A stretch of DNA of 64,000 nucleotides from NCBI GenBank assembly GCA_036689395.1, contig CP144813.1:9252-73251 (forward strand), read 5' to 3'. Below, in pieces: positions 10,757 through 25,098 of this stretch (position 1 is the stretch's first letter; every line of letters begins with the position of its first letter). The stretch comes from Candidatus Stammera capleta (GTDB lineage Bacteria; Pseudomonadota; Gammaproteobacteria; Enterobacterales; Enterobacteriaceae). The position numbers were made by a program, and so were the translations under genes. The notes under the pieces were generated by a model. The model worked only from the letters and a program-made list of their open reading frames with translations, had not been told where the DNA came from and searched no databases.

Positions 10757-11557
10757 ATGAAATTAAATAAAAAAAATAATTTCTTTATGTTTTTATTGTT
10801 TTTATTTTTTTCTATATTTATTATATTTTTTGATATTAGATTTAATTATTTTAATATTTTTAAATTAATTTTTATTAGAATAAATTTTATAATTTATTAT
10901 TTATATAATAAATTTTTTATTTATTTAAAAAATAAAGTTAATTATTTAAAAAAAAAAGAGTATTTTTTTATAGAAAATAATAATTTGAAAAAAAAAAATA
11001 TTTTATTAAAAAATAAATTGTATTTTTTTGATAATTTAAAAAAACAAAATAATATTTTTAAAGATATTTTAAATATAAAATTATTAAAAAATAATAATTT
11101 TTCTATAGTTAAATTATTATTTAATAATTTTAGAAATTATGATTATTTGTTAATTAATATATTAAATTGTAAAAATATAAAATATGGTAATTTATTATTT
11201 AATAATATAGGTATTATAGGTAGATTAGTATTTATAAATAATAATTTTGGTAAAATACAACTTTTATGTAGTTATAATAGTGGTTTTTCTGGTAAAATTT
11301 TAAGAACAGGTTTAAAAGTAATTATTTTGGGTTATGGTTGTAATAAAGAAATGAAAATTATTGATTTACCAATAAATTCTAATATTATTAAGGGAGATAT
11401 AGTAGTTAATTATGATATATATAATTATTATTTTGAATATCCTATAGGTATTATTAATAATTGTTATATTGATAGTATTTATGGAGGATTAATTATTAAA
11501 GTTAAATCATTTGTTAATTATAATAATTATTTAGATTATAATATTTTAATTAAGTAA
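10757..11557 (+). CDS. mreC: rod-shape determining protein MreC
   Basis: It has an N-terminal TM segment, a K/N-rich coiled region, then GIIGRLVFINNNFGKIQLL..RTGLKVIILGYG..IKGDIVVN..YPIGIINN, which match MreC beta-domain blocks. It follows mreB. Confidence 0.8.
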   Translation: MKLNKKNNFFMFLLFLFFSIFIIFFDIRFNYFNIFKLIFIRINFIIYYLYNKFFIYLKNKVNYLKKKEYFFIENNNLKKKNILLKNKLYFFDNLKKQNNIFKDILNIKLLKNNNFSIVKLLFNNFRNYDYLLINILNCKNIKYGNLLFNNIGIIGRLVFINNNFGKIQLLCSYNSGFSGKILRTGLKVIILGYGCNKEMKIIDLPINSNIIKGDIVVNYDIYNYYFEYPIGIINNCYIDSIYGGLIIKVKSFVNYNNYLDYNILIK

Positions 11558-11581
11558 AAATTAAATTTTTTTATATTAATT

Positions 11582-12049
11582 ATGTTTTATTATTTTATAA
11601 AAAGTAATATATTTTTATTTATTATATTTTTATTTATTTTATATTTTTTTTGAAGTTTTTTTTCTTTTATTTTTGATTTTTATTATTTATACCCTTTTTT
11701 TTCAAATATTTTTTATGTTTATGTTATATTTTTTTATTTAGGAAAAATTGAGTCTTTTTTTATTACTTTTTTATATAGTTTATTTTTGGATATTATTTTT
11801 GATTTTATTTTTGGTAAAATGTTATTTGTTTATTTGTTTTCTATGTATATTATATATTTATTTAATTTTTTATTTTTATTAAATATTAATTTTTTTTTTA
11901 TTATTTTTGTTTTTTTATTTTTATTAAGATTTTTTTCATTTTATTTTGATTTATTTTTTTTATCATATTCTTTTAGTAATAATATTTTATTAAATTCTTT
12001 ATTTGAAAGTTTTTTATTATTTTTTATTATAAATATTTTTTATGATTAA
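11582..12049 (+). CDS. mreD: rod-shape determining protein MreD (probable), 155 aa, TGA=Trp at 11651-11653
   Basis: The ATG at 11582 is in frame with track ORF 11786..12049 across one TGA. The protein is very hydrophobic and multi-helical, of MreD size, directly after mreC. Sequence similarity is weak. Confidence 0.6.
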
Positions 12050-12064
12050 TATTAGAGTTTTTAT

Positions 12065-13519
12065 ATGTCTAAAAGTATAATTTATAAGTATATATTAGAA
12101 AAAAATAATATTTCAGAATTTGATTTGTTAAATTTAATTTCAGATTTACCTTCAAGTGGTTTGTTTTATAGTGATATTTTTTTACAAAATTGTATTAATG
12201 AATCTTTATCTTTAGAACAAAAGGTTATTAAAAATAATTATTTTAAAATTATTAATGGTTTTAGTACTAGAGTAATTTATAATAATAAAACTATTTTTTA
12301 TTGTTCTAATAATATTAGTTTTAATTCTATTTTAGATAGTATTAGAAATATTAAAAAAATATGTTTAAATAAAAATATTTTTAATAAATTTAATATGATT
12401 TTTTTACCTAATATAAATTATTATTATAATTTTATATCTCCTATAAATTTTTCTTTTAATAAAAATAAGATAGATTTATTGTTTTATTTAGATAATTATA
12501 TAAGAAAAAAGGATAAACGTATTAAATATGTTTTTTTAAATTTATTTAGTACTTATGATGTAGTTTTAATATTATCTACTGATAATATATTTATAGGTGA
12601 TGTTAGACCTTTAATAAATTTATCTATAAAAATAAAATTAGATAATAATTTAAATCAAGAAATTGGTGTAAGTGGAGGAGGAGGGCGTTATTCGTATAAA
12701 GAATTTATATTAAAAAAAAAAAATGGAATAAATTTTTTAAAATATTTAGCAAATAAAGCAATAAAAATGGGAATTAATAATTTAAATGCTATACAATCTC
12801 CATATGGAGTTTTTCCTGTAATTTTAGGTTCTGGTTTACCTGGAGTTTTATTACATGAAGCTGTTGGTCATGGATTAGAAGGAGATTTTATTAGGAATAA
12901 AAATTCTTTATATTATAATTTATTAGGAAAGAAAGTTGCTTCAAGTTGTTGTACTATAATAGATAATCCTACTTTAATTTATAAAAGAGGTTCTTTAAAT
13001 ATAGATGATGAAGGAACGATAACAAAAAAAAATGTATTAATTAAAAATGGTATTTTAAAATCTTATATGTTAGATAAATTAAATGCTAAATTAATGAATT
13101 TAAGTTCTACTGGTAATGCTAGAAGAGAGTCTTATAATTTTTTACCTATTCCTAGAATGACTAATACATATATGTTACCTGGAGAATATTATTTAGAAGA
13201 TTTAATTAGTAGTGTAGATTATGGGTTATATATAGTTAGTTTATCAGGGGGTCAAGTTGATATAATTTCTGGTAAATTTGTATTTACTATATCTGAAGGT
13301 TATTTAATAAAAAATGGAATTATTACTAATTCTATTAAATTAGCTACTTTAATAGGTTCTAGTATTAATATTATTAATAATATAAGTATGATTTCTAATA
13401 ATTTAGAATTTGATGATGGTTTAGGTATTTGTGTAAAAGATGGACAAAGTATTCCTGTTTGTGTTGGCCAACCTGCATTAAAAATAGATTCTATTATAGT
13501 TGGTGGTACTAAAAAATAA
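12065..13519 (+). CDS. tldD: metalloprotease TldD
   Basis: 484-aa ORF with the TldD-type motif LLHEAVGHGLEGDF and a conserved C-terminal half. It lies after mreBCD, as in E. coli once intervening genes are deleted. Confidence 0.85.
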   Translation: MSKSIIYKYILEKNNISEFDLLNLISDLPSSGLFYSDIFLQNCINESLSLEQKVIKNNYFKIINGFSTRVIYNNKTIFYCSNNISFNSILDSIRNIKKICLNKNIFNKFNMIFLPNINYYYNFISPINFSFNKNKIDLLFYLDNYIRKKDKRIKYVFLNLFSTYDVVLILSTDNIFIGDVRPLINLSIKIKLDNNLNQEIGVSGGGGRYSYKEFILKKKNGINFLKYLANKAIKMGINNLNAIQSPYGVFPVILGSGLPGVLLHEAVGHGLEGDFIRNKNSLYYNLLGKKVASSCCTIIDNPTLIYKRGSLNIDDEGTITKKNVLIKNGILKSYMLDKLNAKLMNLSSTGNARRESYNFLPIPRMTNTYMLPGEYYLEDLISSVDYGLYIVSLSGGQVDIISGKFVFTISEGYLIKNGIITNSIKLATLIGSSINIINNISMISNNLEFDDGLGICVKDGQSIPVCVGQPALKIDSIIVGGTKK

Positions 13520-13541
13520 ATATTTTAATTATGAGTTTATT

Positions 13542-13943
13542 ATGAATAAATTTAATTGATATTTAATTGATTCAAAAAATAAAATTTTAGGTAGATTAAT
13601 AACTAAAGTTGTTTATTTATTAATGGGTAAAAATAAATGTAATTATTTACCTTATGTTGATAATGGTAATTTTGTAATTTTAATAAATATTAAGAGTATT
13701 ATTGTAACTGGTAATAAAAAAAAAGATAAAATATATTATCGTCATAGTGGATATGTTGGAAATTTAAAAAAAATTTCATTTGAAGAAATGATGATAAGAT
13801 CTCCAAAATATATTATTAGACATTGTGTTAAAGGTATGTTACCTAAAAATAAATTAGGTAGAATTTTTATGAAAAGATTGAAAATGTATGATTTTTCTAA
13901 TCATTTACATATTTCTCAAAAACCTATTTTAATTAATATTTAG
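13542..13943 (+). CDS. rplM: 50S ribosomal protein L13, TGA=Trp at 13557-13559
   Basis: The ATG at 13542 is in frame with track ORF 13623. MNKFNW(TGA)YLIDSKNKILGRL compares with E. coli ..RDWYVVDATGKTLGRL. It ends in TAG. Confidence 0.93.
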
Positions 13944-13953
13944 GATTAATTTT

Positions 13954-14349
13954 ATGTTATATAGTACAGGTAGACGTAAAACTTCATCTGCAAGAATTTT
14001 TATGAAGAATGGTATTGGAAGAATATATATTAATGGTGTATATTTTAAGAAATATATTTTTTGTAAAATTAAAAGAAAAATTATTTTATTTCCTTTTAAA
14101 ATTGTTAAAAAAAAATTTAATTTTTTATTAAATAAATTTAATTTTTATATAACTGTTAAAGGGGGAGGTTTTTCTAGTCAAATTATTGCTATAAGACATG
14201 GTATAAGTAGAGTGTTATTAAAATATAATATTAATTTTAAGAAAAAATTTAAAATGTATAAATTAATTACTCGTGACTCTAGAAAGGTAGAAAGAAAAAA
14301 ATATGGATTTATGAAATCTCGTCGTAAACATCAATATTCAAAACGTTAA
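13954..14349 (+). CDS. rpsI: 30S ribosomal protein S9
   Basis: YSTGRRKTSSARIF..VKGGGFSSQ..RDSRKVERKKYG..SKR matches S9. It follows rplM. Confidence 0.95.
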   Translation: MLYSTGRRKTSSARIFMKNGIGRIYINGVYFKKYIFCKIKRKIILFPFKIVKKKFNFLLNKFNFYITVKGGGFSSQIIAIRHGISRVLLKYNINFKKKFKMYKLITRDSRKVERKKYGFMKSRRKHQYSKR

Positions 14350-14447
14350 TTTATATTTTATAATATATTATTTATATTTTTTAATAAATATATAGTAATT
14401 AATATTTAATTTTTTTTAAAAAAAAAAATAAAGAAAAGGTAAATATT

Positions 14448-14774
14448 ATGCGTAATTATGAAATTGTTTTAATGATATATTCTAATAAAAATATTTATGT
14501 AGATAATGTAATTGAATATTATTCTGATATAGTAAATAAAAATGGGAAATTATATAGATTAGAAAATTGAGGTTTAAGAAAATTAGCTTATAATATTAAA
14601 AATAATACTGAAGCTTATTATATTCTTATGAATATTAAAGTTAATGTTAATGTTATTAATTTTTTAAATAATGATTTAAAATTAAATAAAAGTATTTTAA
14701 GATTTATGATTATAAAAAAAAAATATATTGAAACTAATAAATCTATTATTTTTTCTAAAATTAATAGTAATTAA
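14448..14774 (+). CDS. rpsF: 30S ribosomal protein S6, TGA=Trp at 14568-14570
   Basis: Not in the ORF track because it is split by TGA. MRNYEIVLMI..YRLENW(TGA)GLRKLAYNI..AYYILMNI compares with E. coli MRHYEIVFMV..HRLEDWGRRQLAYPI..AHYVLMNV. It ends in TAA at 14772-14774. Confidence 0.92.
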
Positions 14775-14792
14775 TTTTATGTAGGAAATTAT

Positions 14793-15026
14793 ATGTTAAA
14801 GTATAATAAAAATAAAAAATTTTGTTATTTTAAAGTAAATAAATTTAAAGAAATTGATTATAAGGATATAGATATTTTAAAGAAATATATTACTGAGTGT
14901 AGCAAAATAATCCCTTCTAGGGTTACTGGTATTTCTTTAAAATTTCAAAGAAAATTAGCTATAGCTATTAAAAGAGCTAGATATTTAGCTTTAATTCCTT
15001 ATACTGATTTACATCAAAATATTTAG
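14793..15026 (+). CDS. rpsR: 30S ribosomal protein S18
   Basis: [42 protein letters not shown] matches S18. It ends in TAG. Confidence 0.95.
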   Translation: MLKYNKNKKFCYFKVNKFKEIDYKDIDILKKYITECSKIIPSRVTGISLKFQRKLAIAIKRARYLALIPYTDLHQNI

Positions 15027-15035
15027 GTAATTAAT

Positions 15036-15491
15036 ATGATTAAAGTTATTATTTTAGAAAAAAGTTTATTAGGAAAAGTAGGTGATGTAATTAATGTAAA
15101 ATTTGGTTATGCTAGAAATTTTTTAATTCCTTATCAAAAAGCTTTATATTTTAATGATAGTAATATAAGAGAATTTAATAAAAAAAAAAAATTTTTAAAT
15201 GAAATTGAAAATAAAAAAATAAATGAAATTAAAGATATTTATAAAAAAATAGTTTTATTATCTCCTATAAAATTATATTATAAATGTAGTAAAAATGGAA
15301 AATTATTTAATTCTTTTAAAAAGTTTGATCTTTATAAAATTTTTTTAAAAAAATTAAAATATAAAATTTCTAAAAAAAATATTTTTTTTCCTAATGGTCC
15401 TATTAAATATATAGGAAAACATATTGTTAATATTTTGTTTTATAAAAATAGAAAAATAAATTTTGTTATTAATATAATTTCTGTTAAATAA
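15036..15491 (+). CDS. rplI: 50S ribosomal protein L9
   Basis: MIKVIILEKSLLGKVGDVINVKFGYARNFLIPYQKA matches the L9 N-terminal domain. It follows rpsR. Confidence 0.92.
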   Translation: MIKVIILEKSLLGKVGDVINVKFGYARNFLIPYQKALYFNDSNIREFNKKKKFLNEIENKKINEIKDIYKKIVLLSPIKLYYKCSKNGKLFNSFKKFDLYKIFLKKLKYKISKKNIFFPNGPIKYIGKHIVNILFYKNRKINFVINIISVK

Positions 15492-15602
15492 TTATTGATA
15501 TTTATATTATATTTTTTTTTAAAAAAATAGATATTTTTCTTGTTTTTATTTTTTTTTTTTGTTATATTTATATATTATATTTGTTTTGTGAATTTTATTT
15601 TT

Positions 15603-15615
15603 TGTTCTTTAAAAT
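15603..15615 (+). promoter_or_regulatory. boxA-like antitermination element in the rRNA leader
   Basis: TGTTCTTTAAAAT matches 10 of 13 positions of the E. coli boxA TGCTCTTTAACAA. It lies immediately 5' of the 16S processing stem, as in E. coli rrn leaders. Confidence 0.45.
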
Positions 15616-15619
15616 AATG

Positions 15620-15646
15620 AACTGTGTAGATACTTTATAAAATATT
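15620..15646 (+). other. 5' half of the long-range stem flanking 16S (RNase III-type processing helix)
   Basis: AACTGTGTAGATACTTTATAAAATATT is near-perfectly complementary to 17311-17336 (AATATTTTATATAGTACTACACAGTT). The two segments bracket the 16S gene. Confidence 0.6.
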
Positions 15647-15711
15647 AATAAATTTTTAACTTTTAAAAGTATTTTGTTTTTTTTTAAAAGTTATTATGAT
15701 GTTTTATTGTT

Positions 15712-17301
<1,590 letters not shown>

Positions 17302-17310
17302 TTAAGGATA

Positions 17311-17336
17311 AATATTTTATATAGTACTACACAGTT
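17311..17336 (+). other. 3' half of the 16S-flanking processing stem
   Basis: Complementary to 15620-15646 (see that feature). Confidence 0.6.
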
Positions 17337-17345
17337 TTATTTTAT

Positions 17346-17417
17346 GTCCTTTTCGTCTAGAGGTTAAGACATCGCTCTTTCACGGCGATAACAGGGGTTC
17401 AATTCCCCTAGAGGACG
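17346..17417 (+). tRNA. tRNA-Glu (anticodon TTC) in the 16S-23S spacer; no encoded CCA
   Basis: GTCCTTTTCGTCTAGAGGTTAAGACATCGCTCTTTCACGGCGATAACAGGGGTTCAATTCCCCTAGAGGACG is colinear with E. coli tRNA-Glu. Confidence 0.93.
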
Positions 17418-17418
17418 T

Positions 17419-17431
17419 TGTTCTTTTATAA
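17419..17431 (+). promoter_or_regulatory. second boxA-like element in the spacer upstream of 23S
   Basis: TGTTCTTTTATAA matches 10 of 13 positions of TGCTCTTTAACAA. E. coli spacers carry a boxA at the equivalent place. Confidence 0.4.
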
Positions 17432-17442
17432 TATGTAAGACA

Positions 17443-17456
17443 TTTTTAGATTGCGA

Positions 17457-17460
<4 letters not shown>
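17443..17460 (+). other. 5' half of the 23S-flanking processing stem
   Basis: TTTTTAGATTGCGAAGTT is the exact reverse complement of 20380-20397 (AACTTCGCAATCTAAAAA). Confidence 0.7.
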
Positions 17461-20379
<2,919 letters not shown>

Positions 20380-20384
<5 letters not shown>

Positions 20385-20397
20385 CGCAATCTAAAAA
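20380..20397 (+). other. 3' half of the 23S-flanking processing stem
   Basis: Exact 18-nt complement of 17443-17460. Confidence 0.7.
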
Positions 20398-20405
20398 TGT
20401 TTTTA

Positions 20406-20527
20406 GTTTCTGGCGGTAATAGCATGATAGAACCACCTGAATCCATTCCGAACTCAGAAGTGAAATGTCATAGCGCTGATGGTAGTGTAAGGTTTTTCTT
20501 ATGTGAGAGTAAGACGCTGCCAGAAAC
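20406..20527 (+). rRNA. rrf: 5S ribosomal RNA
   Basis: GTTTCTGGCGGTAATAGC..CCGAACTCAGAAGTGAAA..GATGGTAGTGT..GCTGCCAGAAAC is colinear with E. coli 5S. The terminal helix pairs. Confidence 0.93.
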
Positions 20528-20531
20528 ATTT

Positions 20532-20605
20532 GGTACGGTAGTTCAGTTGGTTAGAATATCAGCCTGTCACGCTGGAGGTCACGGGTTCAAATCCCGTTCG
20601 TACCG
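20532..20605 (+). tRNA. tRNA-Asp (anticodon GTC); no encoded CCA
   Basis: GGTACGGTAGTTCAGTTGGTTAGAATATCAGCCTGTCACGCTGGAGGTCACGGGTTCAAATCCCGTTCGTACCG closely follows E. coli tRNA-Asp. It is distal in the rrn operon, as in E. coli rrnC. Confidence 0.92.
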
Positions 20606-20617
20606 TTTTTATATTTT

Positions 20618-20690
20618 GCGGAAATAGCTCAGTTGGTAGAGTATAACCTTGCCAAGGTTAAGGTCGCGAGTTCGAATCTCGTTTTCCGCT
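20618..20690 (+). tRNA. tRNA-Gly (anticodon GCC); no encoded CCA
   Basis: GCGGAAATAGCTCAGTTGGTAGAGTATAACCTTGCCAAGGTTAAGGTCGCGAGTTCGAATCTCGTTTTCCGCT is colinear with E. coli tRNA-Gly3. Confidence 0.92.
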
Positions 20691-20697
20691 TATATTT

Positions 20698-21156
20698 ATG
20701 AAAAAAAAAATAATATTAGATGATATTAATCATACTATTTTTATATCTAAGAGAATATCTTTATTAATAAATAAATATATATATTTATATTTATTTGGAT
20801 CATTAGGTACAGGTAAAACTTTTTTTTGTAAAAGTTTTATTAAAAATTTAGGATATAGGGGTATTGTTAGTAGTCCTAGTTTTTCATTAATTAATAAATA
20901 TAAAATTAAAAATAATTTTATTTATCATTTTGATCTTTATAGAATAAATAATTTTAGAGATTTAATAGATATTGAAATTTATAATTATTTTGATAAAAAA
21001 AATATTTGTTTAGTTGAGTGACCAGATAAAGTTTTAAATTTATTACCTAAAGCTGATTTACATTTTAATTTTTTTTTTTTAAATGATAATAAAAGATTAT
21101 TATATATATCTTCAAATACTAATAGAGGATTTAATATATTAAAATCTTTATTTTAA
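20698..21156 (+). CDS. tsaE: tRNA t6A37 biosynthesis ATPase TsaE (YjeE), 152 aa, TGA=Trp at 21019-21021
   Basis: GSLGTGKTFFCK..VSSPSFSLINKY..HFDLYRI..CLVEW(TGA)P matches YjeE blocks. It continues in frame to TAA at 21154-21156. Confidence 0.85.
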
Positions 21157-21174
21157 TTATTAATTATACTTAAT

Positions 21175-22116
21175 ATGTTTAATAATATTAATAAAAAAAA
21201 TGTTTTTTGTATTTTAGGTCCTAGTGGAATAGGAAAAAGTTATATTTCTTTAGAATTATGTAATTTATTACCATTTGAAATAATTAGTGTAGATTCTTCA
21301 TTAATATATAAATATTTAAATATAGGTACAGCTAAACCTTCAAAAGAAGAATTAAAAAAATATTCTCATAAATTAATTGATATTATAGATCCTAAAGAAT
21401 ATTATTCAGTAAATAATTTTTTTTATGATGTTAAAAAAGAAATTAATATTATTTATAAAAATAATAATATTCCATTATTAGTTGGTGGTTCTATGATGTA
21501 TTATAATGTTTTATTTAATGGATTATATAATTTACCTAAAGGTAATTTAAATATAAGAAATTATATTAATTTATTATTTAAAAATTATGGTAATAAATAT
21601 ATGTATAATATATTAAAAAAAATAGATCCATTATCTTCTAAAAAAATACATTATAATGATAAATATAGAATAATTAGAAATTTAGAAGTATTTTTTATTA
21701 GTAGGAAAAATATTAGTTATTTAAAAAAAAAAAAAAGAAATAGTATAAATTATATATTTCATAAAATTATAATATTACCAAATAATAAAAATATTTTATT
21801 TAAAATTATAAAAAATAGGTTTTATGAAATGTTGAAGTTAGGTTTTGAAGATGAAGTTTTATATTTATATAATAGAGGAGATTTAAATATTAAAATGCCT
21901 TCTATTAAATCAATAGGTTATAAACAAATGTGATTATATTTTCAGAATAAAATTTCTTATAATGAAATGATAAATAGTACTATTATTAGTAATATTTTTT
22001 TAATTAAAAAACAAATTACTTGATTAAAAAAATGGTTAAATTCTTATATAATAATATTAGATAATTATAATAATTGTATAAAAAAAATATGTAATTATAT
22101 AAATAAATTTATATAA
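21175..22116 (+). CDS. miaA: tRNA dimethylallyltransferase MiaA, 313 aa, TGA=Trp at 21931-21933 and 22021-22023
   Basis: It has the P-loop ILGPSGIGKS, then SVDSSLIYKYLNIGTAKPS and VGGSMMY. After TGA it continues in frame (..SIGYKQMW..ITW LKKW, the last Trp being TGG) to TAA at 22114-22116. Confidence 0.9.
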
Positions 22117-22145
22117 AATATTAAATTTTTAAAATATTTTATTTT

Positions 22146-23408
22146 ATGAATAAAAATTTAGCTATATATATATATAAAAGATATATTAATTTAATTGATA
22201 AAGAAGAGTTTAAAAAATTAATTTTTTCTTTTGGTATTAAATATTTTAAGTATATTAATGTAAAAATTAATTTACCTAATAATAAATTTTTTTTTGGTAA
22301 AGGTAAAATATTAGAATTAAAAAAAATATTTAAAATTAAAAAATATAATATTTTATTAATTAATATTAATTTAAAATATTCACAAGAATATAATATAGAA
22401 AAATTTTTAAATTGTAAAATTTTTAATAGAACAAGTATTATATTAAATATTTTTAAAAATAGAGCTAATACTAATTATGGGAAATTACAAGTAAAATTGG
22501 CTTATTTAAGGTATTTAAGTACAAGATTAATAAATAGATGAACTCATTTAGAAAGACAAAGAGGTAGTATAAAATTTATATCTGGACCTGGTGAAAAACA
22601 AATTGAAATAGATAGAAGAATTATTAAAAAAAAAATAAAAATTATAAATAATAAATTAAAAAAAAATATTATTCAAAGAAATAATAGTGAAAAATTAAGA
22701 AATAATTTTAATATACCTAAAATATCTTTAATAGGTTATACTAATTCAGGTAAATCAACTTTATTTAACTTACTTACTAATAGAAAATATTATTGTAAAG
22801 ATAATTTTTTTTCAACTTTAGATATATATATAAAAAAAATATTATTTTTTAATTTTAAACATAATATTTTAATATCTGATACTATAGGTTTTATAAGAGA
22901 TTTACCTAAAAATATATTAGATATTTTTAAAAGTACTTTACAAGAAATTAATAAATCAAAACTTATATTTCATGTAGTTGATGTTTCTGATATAAATTAT
23001 AATAATAATATTAATATAGTAAATAATATTTTATCTAAAATAAATATTTTAAATGTACCAATAGTATTAATTATGAATAAAATAGATAAAATAAAAGATT
23101 GTTATGAAAAAGTTGATTTTAATATAAATAAAATTCCTTATAGAATTTGAATTTCTGCTAAAAAAAAAAGGGGTATAAATTATATATATGATGTTATTAA
23201 TTTTTATTTTTTTTATTCTATGAAAAATTATAAAATTATATTTCCTATAAATTTAATTAATAAAGTTAAAGAAGAAATATATAAATATATTTTTATAGTT
23301 AATGAATGAATATATGATAGTAAGAATTATTGTATGAATATAATATCAAAAAAAAAGTATATTTTATATTTAATTAAAAAGTATTCTTTTATTAAAATGA
23401 TAAGTTAA
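22146..23408 (+). CDS. hflX: GTPase HflX, 420 aa, in-frame TGA=Trp codons
   Basis: LQVKLAYLRYLSTRLINRW(TGA)THLERQRGSI..GPGEKQIEIDRR and the G-domain GYTNSGKSTLFN, DTIGF, NKID match HflX. The start and the TAA at 23406-23408 are in one frame. Confidence 0.9.
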
Positions 23409-23412
23409 TGAT

Positions 23413-24177
23413 ATGAATAATTTTTTTTATGGTATAGATACAGTTAAGAATTTAATTTTATATAAAAAATCTTATATTAGTAAAATATATTTATGTATTA
23501 GTAATAAAAAAAATATAAGATTATTAAATCTTAAAAAAATAATTATTAAAAATAAAATATTTTTAGAAATTTTAAATAAATATATTTTTGAAAAAAAATT
23601 TAAAAAATTTAATTTTATACATCAAGGAGTAATAGCTTTAATTAAAAATAAAATATTTCATAATAATAAAAATAAATTTTTAAATATTATTAAAAAAAAA
23701 AGAACAAGTTTTTTAATATTAGATAATATTAATAGTCCATATAATTTAGGTTCTTGTATAAGAACTGCTGTAGCAGCAAATATAGATTGTATTATAATAA
23801 GTAAAAATAATTCAGTTTCTATAGAAAATAATATAGTTCATAAAATTTCTACTGGTTCTATATATAAAATTTTTATTTTTCAGGTAAATTCTATATCTAA
23901 AATAATTAGTTTTCTTAAGTTATATAATATTAAAATAATAGGTACATGTATAAAAAGTAAAAATTATATATATAATATTAATTTTAATTATTATAATTCT
24001 TATGCATTAATATTAGGTTCTGAAAAAATTGGAGTTAAATCTTCATTAAAAAAAAAGTGTGATATATTAGTAAGTATACCAATATTTAATATAAATTCAT
24101 TAAATATTTCTGTATCTTATGGTATAATTATTTTTGAAATTTTACGTCAGAAAAATATAAAAAATAAATTATTTTAA
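23413..24177 (+). CDS. rlmB: SpoU-family 23S rRNA Gm2251 methyltransferase RlmB
   Basis: FYGIDTVKNL at the N-terminus, then LILDNINSPYNLGSCIRTA, ALILGSEKIGV and SIP..NSLNISVSYGIIIFE match RlmB/TrmH blocks. Its position after hflX follows the E. coli order. Confidence 0.8.
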   Translation: MNNFFYGIDTVKNLILYKKSYISKIYLCISNKKNIRLLNLKKIIIKNKIFLEILNKYIFEKKFKKFNFIHQGVIALIKNKIFHNNKNKFLNIIKKKRTSFLILDNINSPYNLGSCIRTAVAANIDCIIISKNNSVSIENNIVHKISTGSIYKIFIFQVNSISKIISFLKLYNIKIIGTCIKSKNYIYNINFNYYNSYALILGSEKIGVKSSLKKKCDILVSIPIFNINSLNISVSYGIIIFEILRQKNIKNKLF

Positions 24178-25098
24178 TATATTTCCTGTAATAAATAATT
24201 TAGGTTTATAAAAAAACAATTCAGATATTTTAATTTTTTTTCTATTATTTATTTGAATTATAGTTATTAATATTGGATAATCTTTTGTACATATAATTAA
24301 TCCATTTTTATTATATTTTAATATTTTTCCTGGTATATTTTTTTTATAATTTTTAATTATATTAATAGATCATATAAAAAATATATTTTTTAAATAATAA
24401 AAAAAAGTTTTTGGTCATTTATAAAATGCTTTAATTTTTCTTTCTATTTCTTTTGCTTTGTTTTTTTTTCATATTATTAAACCCATTTTTTTTGATATTT
24501 TTTTTGCATATGATTCATTTTTTTTATTTTGTTTTATATATAATATTTTATTTTTATATATTTTTTTAATAATTTTATTAATAATATTACATCCTATTTT
24601 TTGTATTTTTTTTGTTAATGTTATATAATTATCTTTTTTTTCAATTAATATTTTTTTTTGATATATTATATTTCCTTTATCTATATTTTTATTAATTTTT
24701 ATAATTGTTATTCCAGTTTTTTTATCATTTGATAGTAAACTTCAGTATATTGGAGCTGGCCCTTTTCATTTAGGTAATAATGATGCATGTATATTTATAA
24801 ATCCAAATTTTATTATTTTTATTATTGAATATGGAATTATTATACTATATGATATTATTATTCCTAAATCTATATTATTAATTTTATATTTTATATTTTT
24901 TAATTCTTTTTTATTTTTCGTATATATTATGTTTATTTTTTTTTTTAAAATTTTTTTTATAAAATATTTATTTTTTATGTTATTTTTTGATATTATATAT
25001 TTTATATTAAATATTTTTTTTTTTTTTAAAATTTTTTTTATAAAAGGTATACTAAAATCATTTATTCCTAAAATTATTATATTTATTTTTTTTTTCAT
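24169..25098 (-). CDS. fmt: methionyl-tRNA formyltransferase, 309 aa, five in-frame TGA=Trp
   Basis: I translated it fully in one frame: ..FINIHASLLPKW(TGA)KGPAPIYW(TGA)S.. compares with E. coli HASLLPRWRGAAPIQ. There is no TAA or TAG until 24169-24171. Its 3' end overlaps the convergent rlmB by 9 nt. Confidence 0.92.

Noticed and set aside
15540-15568. Sigma-70-like promoter for the rRNA operon (TTGTTT, 17 nt, TATATT).
   Set aside because: It is plausible by position, but TTGNNN and TATANT hexamers occur everywhere in this composition. It cannot be supported from sequence alone.
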